Below, piece by piece: positions 1-12,719 of a stretch of DNA of 64,000 nt. The notes under the pieces were generated by a model. That model was not told where the DNA came from, did no database searches, and saw only the letters and a program-made list of their open reading frames with translations. Positions within the stretch are counted from its first letter, which is position 1. Each line of letters starts with the position of its first letter. The position numbers and the translations under genes are program-made. Origin of the DNA: Octopus vulgaris (Eukaryota); assembly GCA_951406725.2 (NCBI GenBank), contig OX597816.1, forward strand, positions 38,564,001-38,628,000, read 5' to 3'.

Positions 1-37
1 GGATGAATCTTGCTGTCTTCTGCATCTCACAAAAAGC
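1..37 (-). other. Candidate exon (5' part) of an unidentified minus-strand gene, running off the window start
   Basis: Minus strand reads ...ctactaattag|GCTTTTTGTGAGATGCAGAAGACAGCAAGATTCATCC. AG acceptor with a CTAAT branch-like motif but a weak pyrimidine tract. Two open frames (AFCEMQKTARFI, LFVRCRRQQDSS) and an internal ATG (MQKTARFI). No homology recognised. Confidence 0.35.
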
Positions 38-321
38 CTAATTAGTAGACGTATACATTGTATATCATTATATCCAAAGAGTTCAAAAGGAAAAGAATTA
101 GCATTCTATTTAACAAAATACTTTAAATTTTTCAATTTACTTTTGATTTTTAACAATTATAATTGAAAAAATATATATACAAAACCATAGTTATCAACCT
201 TATCTCTAGGGTGAGCAAAAATCTACCTCCTGATAGTAAAGTAGACCTGTTTGGGAATCCCTTTTGTAAGGTATTGTGTGACATAGTCTGGAACTAAGAA
301 TAATATATTTAGAGAATATAT

Positions 322-472
322 TTGTTGTTGTTTAGCTACAGATCAGTCTTGATTGGATTTTAGATAGTGTATCTAGGAGTATATAACAATATACCTTCGT
401 GATTTAAGGGAGATTTGACTGCTGTATCTGGCAAGTTGAGCAATGGGAATAGAAGCTCCTTCGCTGGTTCAT
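322..472 (-). mobile_element. Old SINE-like repeat (family E, (AAC)n-like tail), degraded copy
   Basis: Motif gtgatttaagggagatttgactgct...agaagctcc recurs at ~6055, ~27010, ~50320 and ~63850, and as reverse complement at ~4700-4890, ~25090-25270 and ~57915-58110. Confidence 0.6.
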
Positions 473-1599
473 AGGAAATATTGTTTGTTAACACTGGCAA
501 AATATAAAGATATAGACTACATAATGTTGTCTGGCTGCAACAATAAATAGCAAAATAACCTATTTCTCTTTATGAAGTTTGACAGTTTACCAATTAGACT
601 AACTTCATTATTTGGTAAAATAATGAAAATGAATGGATTTTTACTCCATCAATGTGAAACAGTTATTACAATTAATGAAATGAATCAGTTGAAGAAATTA
701 AGTTTTAGCTTCCATATATTGTAGGTCCAAAAACCACAGACCTAATAATAAAACAATGTTACATTCTGATAAGAAAGTTTCAATTTAAAGAGCAATGCTA
801 AAGTTTCAACTGATATTTGTTAGTTGTGTTTAACATGTAACAAAGGTCTGGTGCTAGATGTAAGCATTTACTTTGATGAGAATATGGGAAAAGAGTTTAT
901 TGAAAATAAATGTGACTCCATGTGAAATTGAGGAAGAAATACAAACAGCACCAGGAGAGCCATATTTATTCTGAAGATCACATTACTAATTTGCAATGGT
1001 TTTTCTTCAATTGTCTTGACTCAGAATTTTCATCTGATTTAGGTCTACTTTCATTCTCACCCATTTCAATGCTAACCAGATTCACATTCTTTTCACAATA
1101 CCAAGCACAAAATATTGATTTTGAAGAGATGAGTACACAGACAATAAAAGTGGTCCCTAGTATATTACTGTTGAGAGTTTCAGTTATGACTAGGATATCA
1201 AATAGCTGTCTGTGAAGATCTAAAACTTTCTACTACATCACTAGCACTGCATTATGCCAACACACTAACACTCGAAAAGAAAAGAAAAAGAAAAAATAGC
1301 ACAAGCCAGGTTGCTGTAAATTGATACCATAAATAAAGCTTATTTTGTTACAAACAACAGGAACATTCTACCATAGACCCAACACGTGTACTTATTGGCT
1401 TCTAATACTTAAACAAAATCCTACAGTTTGGAAAGCATCCTGGATACATTACATGAAGACAAGGTCTTCTGTGTTGACTTGGCAATTAAATAAGACTCTT
1501 CTTCATGGTTGGCACTCACAATCAAGTATGAATTGGTAGAAGTATTTTTTCTTTTTTAATATATACAGTGAAAGAACTTTAGAGATGTTTTGCTCCTTT

Positions 1600-1880
1600 T
1601 TGGGATTACAGACCAAAGGTGCTTGCATAAACCTGACCACAGGTATTGTAGAATACTATTGGCCAACCTGGTGTAGAGAATCTTGCTCTAGCCTTTTCTC
1701 TTCTTTCTTCTTGTTCCATCCAGTTCAATGCCGCAACATTTATTTCTGCCACTGTTTGCAGTCAGTTGCTGTTTACTCCCATGCAGTCACAATCAAGCCA
1801 CTCATTTCATTGGAATGTTGTTTGATGACATCTTAATAACAGAGTTTCAGACTCCGCTTTGATAGCTTCTGCATATTTTT
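1600..1880 (-). mobile_element. Degraded RTE-clade LINE 3' ORF remnant
   Basis: Minus-strand translation with stops, KRSLKLCY*DVIKQ...TAWE*TATDCKQWQ, resembles the RTE C-terminal pattern GRP.LR.KD.(I)K...WE..A.DR..WR. Confidence 0.5.
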
Positions 1881-2419
1881 CATGGAATTCACTCATATCA
1901 TATTACAGATAATATATTATCAAATGTAAATGGTGAAAGGTAAAATGAAATTTACTGCAAGTTATAAGAATTGTGGCATATCCAGCTTGTTAGAATTTGA
2001 ACCACCACCCACCTACACATCATAGTGAACCCTTCTTGGTTCTATTGCTGGCCACCATACAGTAAAAATGTAAGTATGGAGAAGATTCTAGGGAGCCAAT
2101 GCTCTAGGAAGAAAGGACTGAGTATAGTGATTAGTGCAGGGCTGATGGGGGAGGTTAGATGCAATAAAGGAGATGAAAAGTGGAAAGTAAGCTGTGAGTT
2201 ACAAGATCAGCTAACTAACAGGAATAGAGGCTATTATAGTAGTGATAGAAAAGACAGAGAGAAGGAACAGCACACCTGTGGGCTTGAACCTGGCATGTGC
2301 CTGTTAACAGAAAAATAACTAAGACTCTACTCTCATTAAAGAAGTGGCTATGCCCAAAATAGATATCATATGTGGCAGATATATATGAATACTTAGCAGT
2401 AAAATACACATGAAATTAA

Positions 2420-3290
2420 TTCCTTCAGGTAGTCAGAAAGCTTTCTAGAATTAGCCAATAGATTTTATTACCTAGGTGATCTAATTAACAATGGAGCATT
2501 CTGAAAACAAAGCTGACAGAATAAGGATCACCATCATCAGCATCAACAACTGGATGTTACTATCTTGAGTCTTAGGAGTCATAGGGCCAGTTACCTAGTT
2601 TCCATGCTATGTAAGTGACCGAGATCATATTTCCTCTGAACAGGATGCCAGTTAGTTGCACAGATACTAATTTACAGCTGTTTACAGCAATTTAGAGCTG
2701 ACTGGACTGGAGCAAGATGAAATGAAGATTTTTGCTCAAGAAAACAATGCACTGTCGAAGAATTGAAACCATGATCTTGTGATCATGAGTGCAAAGCTCT
2801 ATCCAGTAAATGATGTGCCTTCATTTCAGAATAAGAATGGGCAGCTGCTAGCAACAAAAGGCTTCTCTCTCAAAGTGAAGGGTAGATGGTATGATGATTG
2901 TGCAGAGTGCAGTAGATTTGCAAAATGCTGGAAAGAAATAAAGCAGGCATAATCTTCTAGGTGTAGAATACATGATTGATGGAGCACAAATGGGCTGAAG
3001 GGGAAACTGGATATGATAGAAATCCTATGTGGTATGCAAAAGAGGAGACTGTGCTGGTATAGCTGTCTTGATGTATATGGAGGATGTCAGTTGAATAAAG
3101 AAGTGCTCGAGTGTTCAAAGCAGACAGAACTCGAGGAAGACGGAGATGAAGGGAGACGTGATGAAGCATTGAAGACTGATCTCAAGATCTTGAACTTTAT
3201 GAGAATGACAAAAGAACCATAACAAGTGACAAAACACGGTACTGGAGAGAACACCACCCAACCTATGCAAGGATGAGAAAAGAATTGAAT
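2420..3290 (+). mobile_element. Degraded RTE LINE (C-terminal RT region to 3' tail) interrupted by a SINE
   Basis: Translates LELANRFYYLGDLI..., then RIR..LLATKGFSLKVKGRWYD and GMQKRRLCWY...DEALKTDLK (same family as the intact piece at 52214). Ends in ccaacctatgcaaggatgagaaa, a degraded tail. Confidence 0.75.
2531..2825 (-). mobile_element. CORE-like tRNA-derived SINE nested in the RTE remnant
   Basis: Reverse complement contains ttgagcaaaaatcttcatttcatcttgctccagtcc (CORE-like block also seen at 15990-16040, 41560-41610 and 43615-43660). Flanked by duplicated cagaataag (~2517 and ~2828). Confidence 0.6.
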
Positions 3291-4188
3291 GTATAAATGA
3301 TGGCGGGTGAGTGTTGATAAAAAGTTGGAATAATATATCCATACTGAGTTTCTGCAATGAACCATTTTTGCTACATTCTTTCTCTCCTCGCCCCACCATT
3401 ATCTCTTCTACCTCTCACTAACATCCACCACTGATTTGCATACTATCACCCCTTGCTCTCCTTTTCTCTTTCTCCTCTCCTGTATTTTACACCTTCTATC
3501 ACACATTACTGACATCCCATCACAATCCCCCACCTCTCTCCCTCTCTCCCACTCCCATTTCTTTTCCCATCATCTTGATTTCCTACTCTTACTGTCTTTC
3601 CCCCCCACCCGTAGTAAATTCTTAGCCAAATACCTATTTGTTGGAGATGTTTAATATTTACACTTAAATCTCTCTCCTCCTTGCTTGTCACTAGACCGTC
3701 TCTTTACCAAGAACCATTCATGTAGCTGTTAATTACTCCTTTCTCTATCACCCTCTCACTTGTTTCACTCTAGTTCTCTTATATTGCCCTCACACTATGG
3801 TCCTCTTGTTCTCCTCTTGTAAGGGAAAGGAATGAGTGAAGGAAGAGAGATGAATGGAGACAACACAGATAGAAAAGGTTTTATTTAGTCTTGCCAGGGG
3901 TGACATGGGGTAACCTCTCTGTTGCCTGTGAATGAACAGAGACATCACAGGACAGAAAGGACTCTTTAAGTCTTATGTGAGATAAAACAATTTCTCTAAT
4001 GATGGTGCAACAATAAAATGCACTTAACAAGTTCTGTAATGTGGTTGGGTAGAGGACGAGCAACCAGCCATATAAACTATACCAAAAAGTGTAACATACA
4101 AACAAGATTTAGTCCTTGGCTCAGTTGGGACAGTAACTCTAAATGTGATCTGACTTGGTCGTAACGACCTATCCACCATATGCTAACA

Positions 4189-4580
4189 GTGGAGGCGCAA
4201 TGGCCCAGTGGTTAGGGCAGCGGATTCGCGGTCGTAGGATCGTGGTTTCGATTCCCAGACCGGGCGTTGTGAGTGTTTATTGAGCGAAAACACCTAAAGC
4301 TCCACGAGGCTCCGGCAGGGGATGGTGGTGATCCCTGCTGTACTCTTTCACCACAACTTTCTCTCACTCTTACTTCCTGTTTCTGCTGTACCTGTATTTC
4401 AAAGGGCTGGCCTTGTCACTCTCTGTGTCACGCTGAATATCCCCGAGAACTACGTTAAGGGTACACGTGTCTGTGGAGTGCTCAGCCACTTACACGTTAA
4501 TTTCACGAGCAGGCTGTTCCGTTGATTCGGATCAACCGGAACCCTCGTCGTCGTAACCGACGGAGTGCTTCTATTCCATT
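4189..4580 (+). mobile_element. tRNA-derived SINE family B, full length with TSD
   Basis: tRNA-like head with A box (tggcccagtgg) and B box (ggtttcgattcc), and a (TTCCA)n-like tail. TSD ccatatgctaaca/ccatatgctgaca (4176-4188, 4581-4593). Near-identical to 9177-9548. Confidence 0.92.
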
Positions 4581-5059
4581 CCATATGCTGACATGGAAAG
4601 GTGGAAGTGAAACAATGACGGTAAATGTAAGTTAACTCAAAGTTAGATCCAGTAATGAAAAGTATTAAGAACAGACTTCATCCAACATCCAATGAATGAG
4701 CTGCTTGTCCTATTAGAAATAGCAACAAAGTCTCCCATAAATCAAAGCCACCCACTTAGAAAAAAAGAAACATTGTGAATAATGTAGTCTTGGATAGATT
4801 ATGTCTGTTAAAATGAGATGGATAGTTATAGCTTGAACACTTTTGATAAAAGGTCGGCTTAATCATGGCTGACTTGGGCTAAACAACATCCATTGAAAAG
4901 AGGCCATTAATATAACTAGGTAATACAAACAGTTTAAATGAATGATAGTTCATAAAGCTATGTACAGAACTGAACCAGATATACAAACAAGAAAGAAGAT
5001 TAAAAAGGACATAAAAATATGCATTGAGTGATTACTAATTGGATCAATGAACATCAGTT

Positions 5060-5400
5060 TTATAATAACCCTTCTCAAAACTATGGACATTGTAAACCTT
5101 ACAATGATTTCATAGAAAGATGATGTTAGAGATAAATATCTCCATGCCAGCCACTTATCATAGAGGCTTAGAAGCAGGATTTGTAGCATATTTCTAAAGG
5201 ATAAACCTATAGGCTATGGGATTTTCACTGACATTAAATCAAACATAAGGCATGTAGTATACAGAGTGCCATGAAGTTGTGATGGAATCTTTAATTTGAA
5301 GAAATGTGGTTTGAGAAAAACGAAAAACAAATATCTGGAATTATAATCTATAGTGAAACAACTTTAGGAGTAACACGTGGTAGTTAAAACTTTGAGAAAT
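5060..5400 (+). mobile_element. Possible highly degraded Penelope-like element remnant
   Basis: Frameshifted pieces HRK...DKYLHASH and HVVYRVP*SC resemble the Penelope RT C-terminal YRK..TD.YLH..S.H motif and the GIY-YIG NVVY.I.C.C motif. Confidence 0.35.
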
Positions 5401-5623
5401 ATAATTGAGAAGTCCACCCAAGTGGGTTGTTTAAATAGTTAACTTAGCAATACAAGGAGGTACATGAAAGAAAGAGGACAATTATTCAAGGGCAAGATTA
5501 TTTGAATTTAAAAGCTAAACTACATCTAAGTTGAAAGATTATATGTGACAATGTAGCAATGATGATTTTAGTAACAATAAAATCGATGGTCATAGTTTTA
5601 CAATGCTCACTGAACATTATACA

Positions 5624-5662
<39 letters not shown>

Positions 5663-5678
5663 CACACACACACACACA

Positions 5679-5973
5679 CAGTAATCCTTTGACTATTGCA
5701 GGTGTTATGTTCCAAAATCCCCTGCGTTAGGTGAAAATTTGCAAAATAGAAACAGTATTCATCATCATCGTCATCATCGTCTTTAGCATCTGCTTTCCAT
5801 GCTGGCATGGGTTGGACAGTTTGACTGAGGGCTGGCAAGCCAGAAGGCTGTACCAGGCTCCAAACTTATTTTTATAATTTGTATATATCTACTTTATTAC
5901 AAATGCAAAACAACACCACAGAGGAATCGATGTAAGCTTAAATAATAAACCGTGATATGGTGAAGGATTACTG
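5679..5973. mobile_element. Tc1/mariner(pogo)-type MITE with a nested RTE-tail fragment (~5758-5862)
   Basis: TIRs CAGTAATCC...GGATTACTG followed by TA. Same family as 51417-51640 in opposite orientation. Confidence 0.8.
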
Positions 5974-7018
5974 TATAATCATGCCATCTTTATCATAGGC
6001 TTTTCATGTCTATAACTACCAATGAGAAGACCTACTTTTTACAAAGAGTAGGGTGTAATTTGAAGGAGAGTTGACTGCTATTTCTAACAGACTGATGCAT
6101 TACAAAGAGGCTTCCCTATTGGCTCATTAGTTCTGGTGTTGATGTCAGAACTGACCATGCCAATCTATATCTACATTGATTTGTAAAGGTACAATTGTAC
6201 TGTGCAATGTGAAGCATGCATATTGGCATGTAAAATAATTTATTATACACTGAAATTATTATTACACAATGAAGACTGCGAAATGGCTGTAATCCTGCAG
6301 ATGTGAAGTAGTCAGATATATTCACCTCTCAAATCTCCTGATTTTTTTATGCTCTATATATTCCTCAGGAAATAATTCCATTGAATGAATCTCTTAGATT
6401 TCAGCTGCAGAGAACTCTGCATTACACTCCTCAGTATTGGATTACTATACAATGAATCCATATACTGCACTACAAATATATATATATATATAATTGAAAA
6501 AAATTGGAGTCTACAAGACGGGGTATGGTAGGACATTTTTAATCACTACAATTGTTTCCATGCAATGTAGTTCTCCAGGTGTGCAGGTACTTCATTATGT
6601 AAGTGGTACCCTGCATTAAGAAATCTAGTTGTGTTTCCTCAGGCGATATGTAAATATTGTCTCCGTAAGTTTAAAATCCTTGATTTCAAGAACATCCTCT
6701 GTCTGTCTGTCATGGCCTGAATTTAGTAGTAGTCACTGAGCTTATCAGGGTGTATTGTTGCTGAAGGGTCATTGGCAAACTGCTTTGAATGTATAGATGA
6801 GTGGGACGGTGATTCCGGTACTGTTAAAGTGGTTGCCATTTTAAAAGGATTGGCATTTTTTCAATCATCTATTCACATACGACAAGTGTCCAAACACAAA
6901 CCTAAAAGTACGTATAATACCAAAGCTGGATAGCACAGGGTAAACCAGAAGGTGGATGAGCTTTATACTATATTGTACTACATTCTTAACAGAATATACC
7001 ATAACTATATATATGTAC

Positions 7019-7052
<34 letters not shown>

Positions 7053-7074
7053 ACACATATATATATATATATAT

Positions 7075-7252
7075 ATCATCGTTTAATATCTTCCTTCTAT
7101 GCTGGGATGGATTAGATGGTTTGACAAGAGCTGACCAAGCGGGAACCTGCGGCATGCTTCTGAGTCTGTTTTGGAATGGCTTTTATGGCTGTAGGCCCTT
7201 CCTAACACCAGCCACTCCGTAGAATGGGCTGAGTGTTTTTTAAGTGGCACCT
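7075..7252 (-). mobile_element. RTE 3'-tail element (family D), degraded
   Basis: catcatcgtttaatatc...atgctgggatgg...gcccttcctaacacca, homologous to 63231-63421. Confidence 0.75.
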
Positions 7253-8575
7253 CTGTGTGTGTATGTATGTGTATTATAAATAAATATATATATACATATA
7301 TATATATACACACACACACACATACACAGATACATATATATATGTACAACAGGTTTCTTTCAGTTTACATCTAATAAAATCCACCCACAAGGTTTTGGTT
7401 GGGGCTATTACTAGAAGACTCTTGTCCAAGGCGCTGAACAGTGGGACTGAACCTAAGAGTGCATGGCTGAGAAGCACCTACATATGCCTGCATTATAAAA
7501 TAAGAAGATTTTTGTTTGCTAAAATGTGAAAATGTTACAAGCGAGAGAGGTACCAGCTGTCTCAGTTTAACCAGAATACTGAGATTGATTATAACAATGA
7601 GGAACAAAGGCCTCAGATTCCCTTACCACACGAGGTGGTAACATTTTAAAGGGTCATAAAGCACCGAACTTCAATAAGAGATAATGGAACTCTGAATTAA
7701 TTATGATTTGCTGGGGTGTTTAAAACGTACATTAAAATACTATTTCAACAGTATTGATATGAATAAAGATGTAGATAAGTTATATGTCAACACAGAGAGG
7801 CCAGGATAGGCTGCTGCAAGTAAATAGAGAATGAAAAATAAAAAAAAGATAACATTCCAAAGATAATTCAAATGTTTTACTCTAAGTTATATAGTGTGTG
7901 CTAGGTTAGGTTCACATGTACCCAAAACTTGCAGACAAACATCTTATGTTAACATAGGAAGCAAACTGACAATAAATCAGTTAAAATTCACTCATGGCAT
8001 GGCACAATATTAAACCAGTATCACTTCATATTCCAACAAATGGACAAGAATTGATTAGATTCTTTGTCTTAATATATTTTAAAAATAATAATAAATAAAT
8101 GAATAAATAAATGGTACAAAAGCTAACAGAAGTAATTCTATTAAATGATAATATAAGAGCAAACAAAAATAGACTCAATAACACAGTAATTATTGATATG
8201 AAGAGTTTTATAACAGAACACATATTGTTGACATGCAATCCCTAGATAAATCAAAGAGAGCTGATGCAGTCAGACAACAGGAGAAAGCTAAGCAATAGAC
8301 TTGTCTCTTCCAAACAACTGATTCATATCCTGCAATCATTTAAGGATTCCATAAAATTCCACCTAGCCATTATTGGCCTCCTTCAGAACAGAAAACCAAA
8401 CAGGAAAATAATCTATTAAATATATGGCTTTTTTTGGTAATAACTGTTTCTACGCTATAGGCACAAAGCCTGCAATTTTAGAGAATGGAGTAAGTTAATT
8501 ACATAGACCCCGGTTCTCAACTGGTGCATATTTTTATTAACCCTGAAAAAAAAAAAAGTGATGGGCGTAAAGATA

Positions 8576-8977
8576 GGCGTAGGAGTGGGTGTGTGGTAAG
8601 TAGCTTGTTTACCAACCACATGGTTCCGGCTTCAGTCCCACTGCGTGGCACCTTGGGCAAGTGTCTTCTACTATAGCCTCGGGCCGACCAAAGCCTTGTG
8701 AGTGGATTTGGTAGACGGAAACTGAAAGAAGCCCGTCATATATATGTATATATATATATGCATGTGTGTGTTTGTGTGTCTGTGTTTGTCTCCCTAGCAT
8801 TGCTTGACAACCGATGCTGGTGTGTTTATGTCCCCATTACTTAGCGGTTTGGCAAAAGGGGCCGATAGAATAAGTACTGGGCTTACAAAAGAATAAGTCC
8901 CGGGGTCGAGTTGCTCGATTAAAGGCGGTGCTCCAGCATGGCCGCAGTCAAATGACTGAAACAAGTAAAAGAGTAAA
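8576..8977 (+). mobile_element. tRNA-derived SINE family A, full length, nested in a family C SINE (8455-9075, minus)
   Basis: Head ggcgtaggagtgggtgtgtggtaag...ttcagtccc, then a CORE-like ccttgggcaagtgtctt, an internal (TA)n(TG)n, and tail gtcaaatgactgaaacaagtaaaagag. Matches 34281-34680 and 45459-45872. Confidence 0.92.
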
Positions 8978-9176
8978 GCTGATCTCAATGGGATTTGAAC
9001 TCAGAACATAAAGAACTGAAAGACATGCCACTAAGCATTTTGTATGGCGCACCAATGACTCTGCCAGCTTGCTACCTTGTAAAGGGTAATAAAAATTACT
9101 GCCACTACTGTGCCACAGCCACCACCATTACCATCATCATCATTATCATAATAATATCTGCTTTACCATGCTTGTA

Positions 9177-9548
9177 GTGGAGGCGCAATGGCCCAGTGGT
9201 TAGGGCAGCGGACTCGCGGTTTCGATTCCCAGACCGGGTGTTGTGAGTGTTTATTGAGCGAAAACACCTGAAGCTCCACGCGACTCCGGCAGGGATGGTG
9301 GTGATCCCTGCTGAACTCTTTCACCACAACTTTCTCTCACTCTTACTTCCTGTTTCTGTTGTACCTGTATTTCAAAGGGCTGGCCTTGTCACTCTCTGTG
9401 TCATGCTGAATCTCCCTAAGAACTACGTTAAGGGTACACATGTCTGTGGAGTGCTCAGCCACTTACACGTTAATTTCACGAGCAGGCTGTTCCGTTGATC
9501 GGATCAACCGGAACCCTCATCGTCGTAACCGACGGAGTGCTTCCATCC
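9177..9548 (+). mobile_element. tRNA-derived SINE family B, full length with perfect 12-bp TSD
   Basis: Near-identical to 4189-4580 apart from a short head deletion. TSD accatgcttgta at 9165-9176 and 9549-9560. Confidence 0.92.
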
Positions 9549-10562
9549 ACCATGCTTGTATAGGTCAGACATGATTCACTGAGACAGGTTTTCTACAACC
9601 AGCTGCTCTTCGTCTTTCCAGGCATGGTAATATCCCCCCCCCCTCTGTCCAAACATGTTTTCAAAGAAGATTGAAAATAAACGTCACCACTTGTATGAAG
9701 GATGAAGTTCGTTTACATTTAGCATGTGATGCCAAACCAAGGAGACATGCACCTTCTCTCTCTCTCACATATGCACACACATATATGTGAATATTCCTAT
9801 GTATGCATCTATCCACACACACACACACACATACATACATACATACATACAAACAATGGGCTTATTTCAGCTTCCACCTACCATATTTACTCACAAGGCT
9901 CTGGTCAATCCAGGACTATAGTTAGAAGACACTTGCCCAAGATGTCATGCAGTAGGACTGAACCCAAAACCCCTTATTTGAAGCCTGTGTCTTTTCCTAT
10001 TTTGCCAGTAACCTTGAGAAAGGCATGAATGTCACACAATTTCATCGTCTTCTCTTCTACTGAGATATTTTGCATAGCAGTAGGATTTTTTTTTTTTTTT
10101 TTTTTGACATCCTCATCTTACATTCTGAGTTCAAACACCATCAAGGTGAACTCTACCATTCATCCTTCCAGAAGCAATGAAAATGTACCATTTCTGGGTG
10201 GTGCACTGACAAGACTGTAAGAACATCAGATCAGATGCTTGATGGTATTTTCCCAGTGTTCCAAGTTCAAATCCCACCACAGCCTACTTCAGTGGAAGGA
10301 GTTAATCTTGCCTGAATTTGCACCATCTTTGGACACCTCAAGTACCTTGAACAAAGCCCTCTCTGTTGCAAGCATTTGCACCAGGTCTCCAGTTTGGGGA
10401 CACAGTTCTCTCTGTATGGTGGTCTTTCTCACTCTCTTTCACTCTTTCCTTCTCATTCCCTCTATCCCCCTATTCTAGAGGCTCTGTAAAGAGTCAGGGC
10501 ACTGCTTTTCCTCTGACTAAAACAAAAAAAGAACTATTAAACAAAAGTTGTTAATCAAATGG

Positions 10563-10905
10563 AAGTGTGGCTGTGTGGTTAACAAACTTGCTTCCCAACC
10601 ATGTGGTTTTGAGTTCAGTCCCATTGTATAGCTCTGGGCTGATCAAAGCCTTGTGAATGGATTTGATAAATGGAAACTGAAAGAAGCCTGTTGTGTGTGT
10701 GTGTGTGTGTGTACACATGAGGATTGTAAATCAGCATCACTGTCATACAAATGTTGTTGCTTGTTTCCAGTCATCCATGAAAACATGCCTGACCATAGGG
10801 AAATACCTTGTTTGAAAACAGGTGAGGGTAGCAACAGGAAAGGGATCCAGCCATGGAAAAAAAAGTATCTCAACAAATTTCTTTTGACCTAAGTAAGCAT
10901 GGAAG
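10563..10905 (+). mobile_element. Family A-head SINE variant with an RTE-type tail
   Basis: Family A 5' half (gtggctgtgtgg...ggaaactgaaagaagcc), then ggtgagggtagcaacaggaaagggatccagcc...aagcatggaag. Same layout at 35078-35470. Confidence 0.65.
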
Positions 10906-10913
10906 AAAAGGCA

Positions 10914-11130
10914 TTAACCCATTAAAATATCCAGCCAAAATGTTCTACTTGTTTTATGCTCAAACCAACTAGATCTGGTCTGTCACACCTACCCTACAAT
11001 GTCATTCTAAAAAGCAAAGAATCAAATCATCAAAATTTCAAGGTTACAAGACAATGCATGTTTAATTCAAGACAATGTGAATAAATAAGGCATTATATTT
11101 GACAGAATAATCTGATAGCTAAAGGGTTAA
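10914..11130. mobile_element. piggyBac-type MITE family 1
   Basis: TTAA-CCC...AAAGGG-TTAA termini, ~220 bp, homologous to 11210-11434, 13110-13336, 36686-36912 and 39402-39608. Confidence 0.8.
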
Positions 11131-11209
11131 ATGATGATGCTATTGAAGCTGGATGATAGGCAGAATCAGTAGAGAACAACAGGCAAAAAATCTACTATAG
11201 CATCTTTCC

Positions 11210-11434
11210 ATAACCTTTTAGTATGCAAACCAGCCATATCCGGCCAAAATATTTAGCTTGTTTTATGTTGAAGCTGGTTAGATCCAGCTTCTCACCTCAA
11301 TCCAACAATGTCTTTCTAAAACTAAACAATCACATCATTGAAGTCTCAAAGCTATGAGATAATGTATGATTTAATTCTAAACAATATAAATAAATATTAT
11401 ATTTGACAGAGTAATCTGAAGACTAAAGGGTTAA
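11210..11434. mobile_element. piggyBac-type MITE family 1 (neighbour of 10914-11130)
   Basis: taaccttttagt...actaaagggttaa; internal homology to 13110 and 36686. Confidence 0.8.
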
Positions 11435-12188
11435 AATGTGTGCCTAGGTTAGAAATCATTATGAACCAGACTATTATTATTAAACTCATCTTCAATGCTC
11501 GTGTTTTTTATTCACATGATGTTTCCATCACTCAGTTAAATGTCCAATTGTTTTCTAGCATATTTCTGCTGCTTAGCTATTTTTTTTTTTTCTATAATAC
11601 ATTCACAGCTAACAACCAGTGCTGGCACTCATCAAACCTCTCATGGATTATTTATTTATTTGTCGGTTTTGTAACAAATTTTCCGAAACATAAAAGTTTT
11701 TGTCAGCCATACAATTCCTCTCCCTCTACATAAAAATTTTGTTCGTTTGCAGATCAAATTAAAGTGTCTTAAAAGCCACTCTAATGGAAATAATAAAAAA
11801 ATAAATAGATGAAAAAAAAAAAAAAAAGCAGTTATCTGGTTTTAAGTTATAATTTGGTAAAATTAAAAACAATGAATGCATTTAAATTCATAAATTATAA
11901 GATCTGGACAATAAAATAAAAAGCAAAAAAAATAAAAAAAAAATAAAACAAAATAGAGAATTCATTCTTCAACATAACATTTGGCAACCATTTTTACATG
12001 CAGTTGAAAAATTTTGAAGCAAATATTGATAATACATGTTTATTCCGTTTATAAAAGCAAGAGATGATAAGGTCTAGCCAGAAGCACTGGACAAAATAAT
12101 TGATTATCTAATGCACACAAGTATAATGTTTCTAGCCTTAGCCTTCGCACTATAGATTACAAATATATATATACATACATACATATAC

Positions 12189-12258
<70 letters not shown>

Positions 12259-12366
12259 CACACATATAATCACATATAAACACACACACAGGGAATATAT
12301 ATTTCTATTAACATTGATACAACACCACTGAATTGCAATAACAATTGAGCTAAATGCACAAAAAGA

Positions 12367-12419
<53 letters not shown>

Positions 12420-12719
12420 TGATGTAGTAACAATACCTTCCTGGTTGATTGCTGGAAACATTAAACACACATGCAGTCTGTATTGCTCCCACCACCACTA
12501 CCATCATCACCACTCTCTTGTATTATCTACAAAGCATTTTTAGCACAAATCCCACACTTATTCCAATAATAACACGAACATGCTATTATAAAGAATATAT
12601 CTACTAAACATTCTTAAGTAGCTTAGATAGTTCCTTGATTAAATTAACAAATTTCTGACACAAGTTTGGATTATTTATAAATAATAATTGTTATTATTTC
12701 CTACAATGGCAATAATAGA

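Noticed and set aside
980-1230. ~80-codon open frame on the minus strand (…YCEKNVNLVSIEMGENESRPKS…)
   Set aside because: No convincing in-frame splice sites or homology; compatible with chance.
4189-4265. tRNA gene
   Set aside because: A and B boxes are present but there is no proper acceptor stem; it continues into a multi-copy SINE body with TSD. The same holds for other SINE heads.
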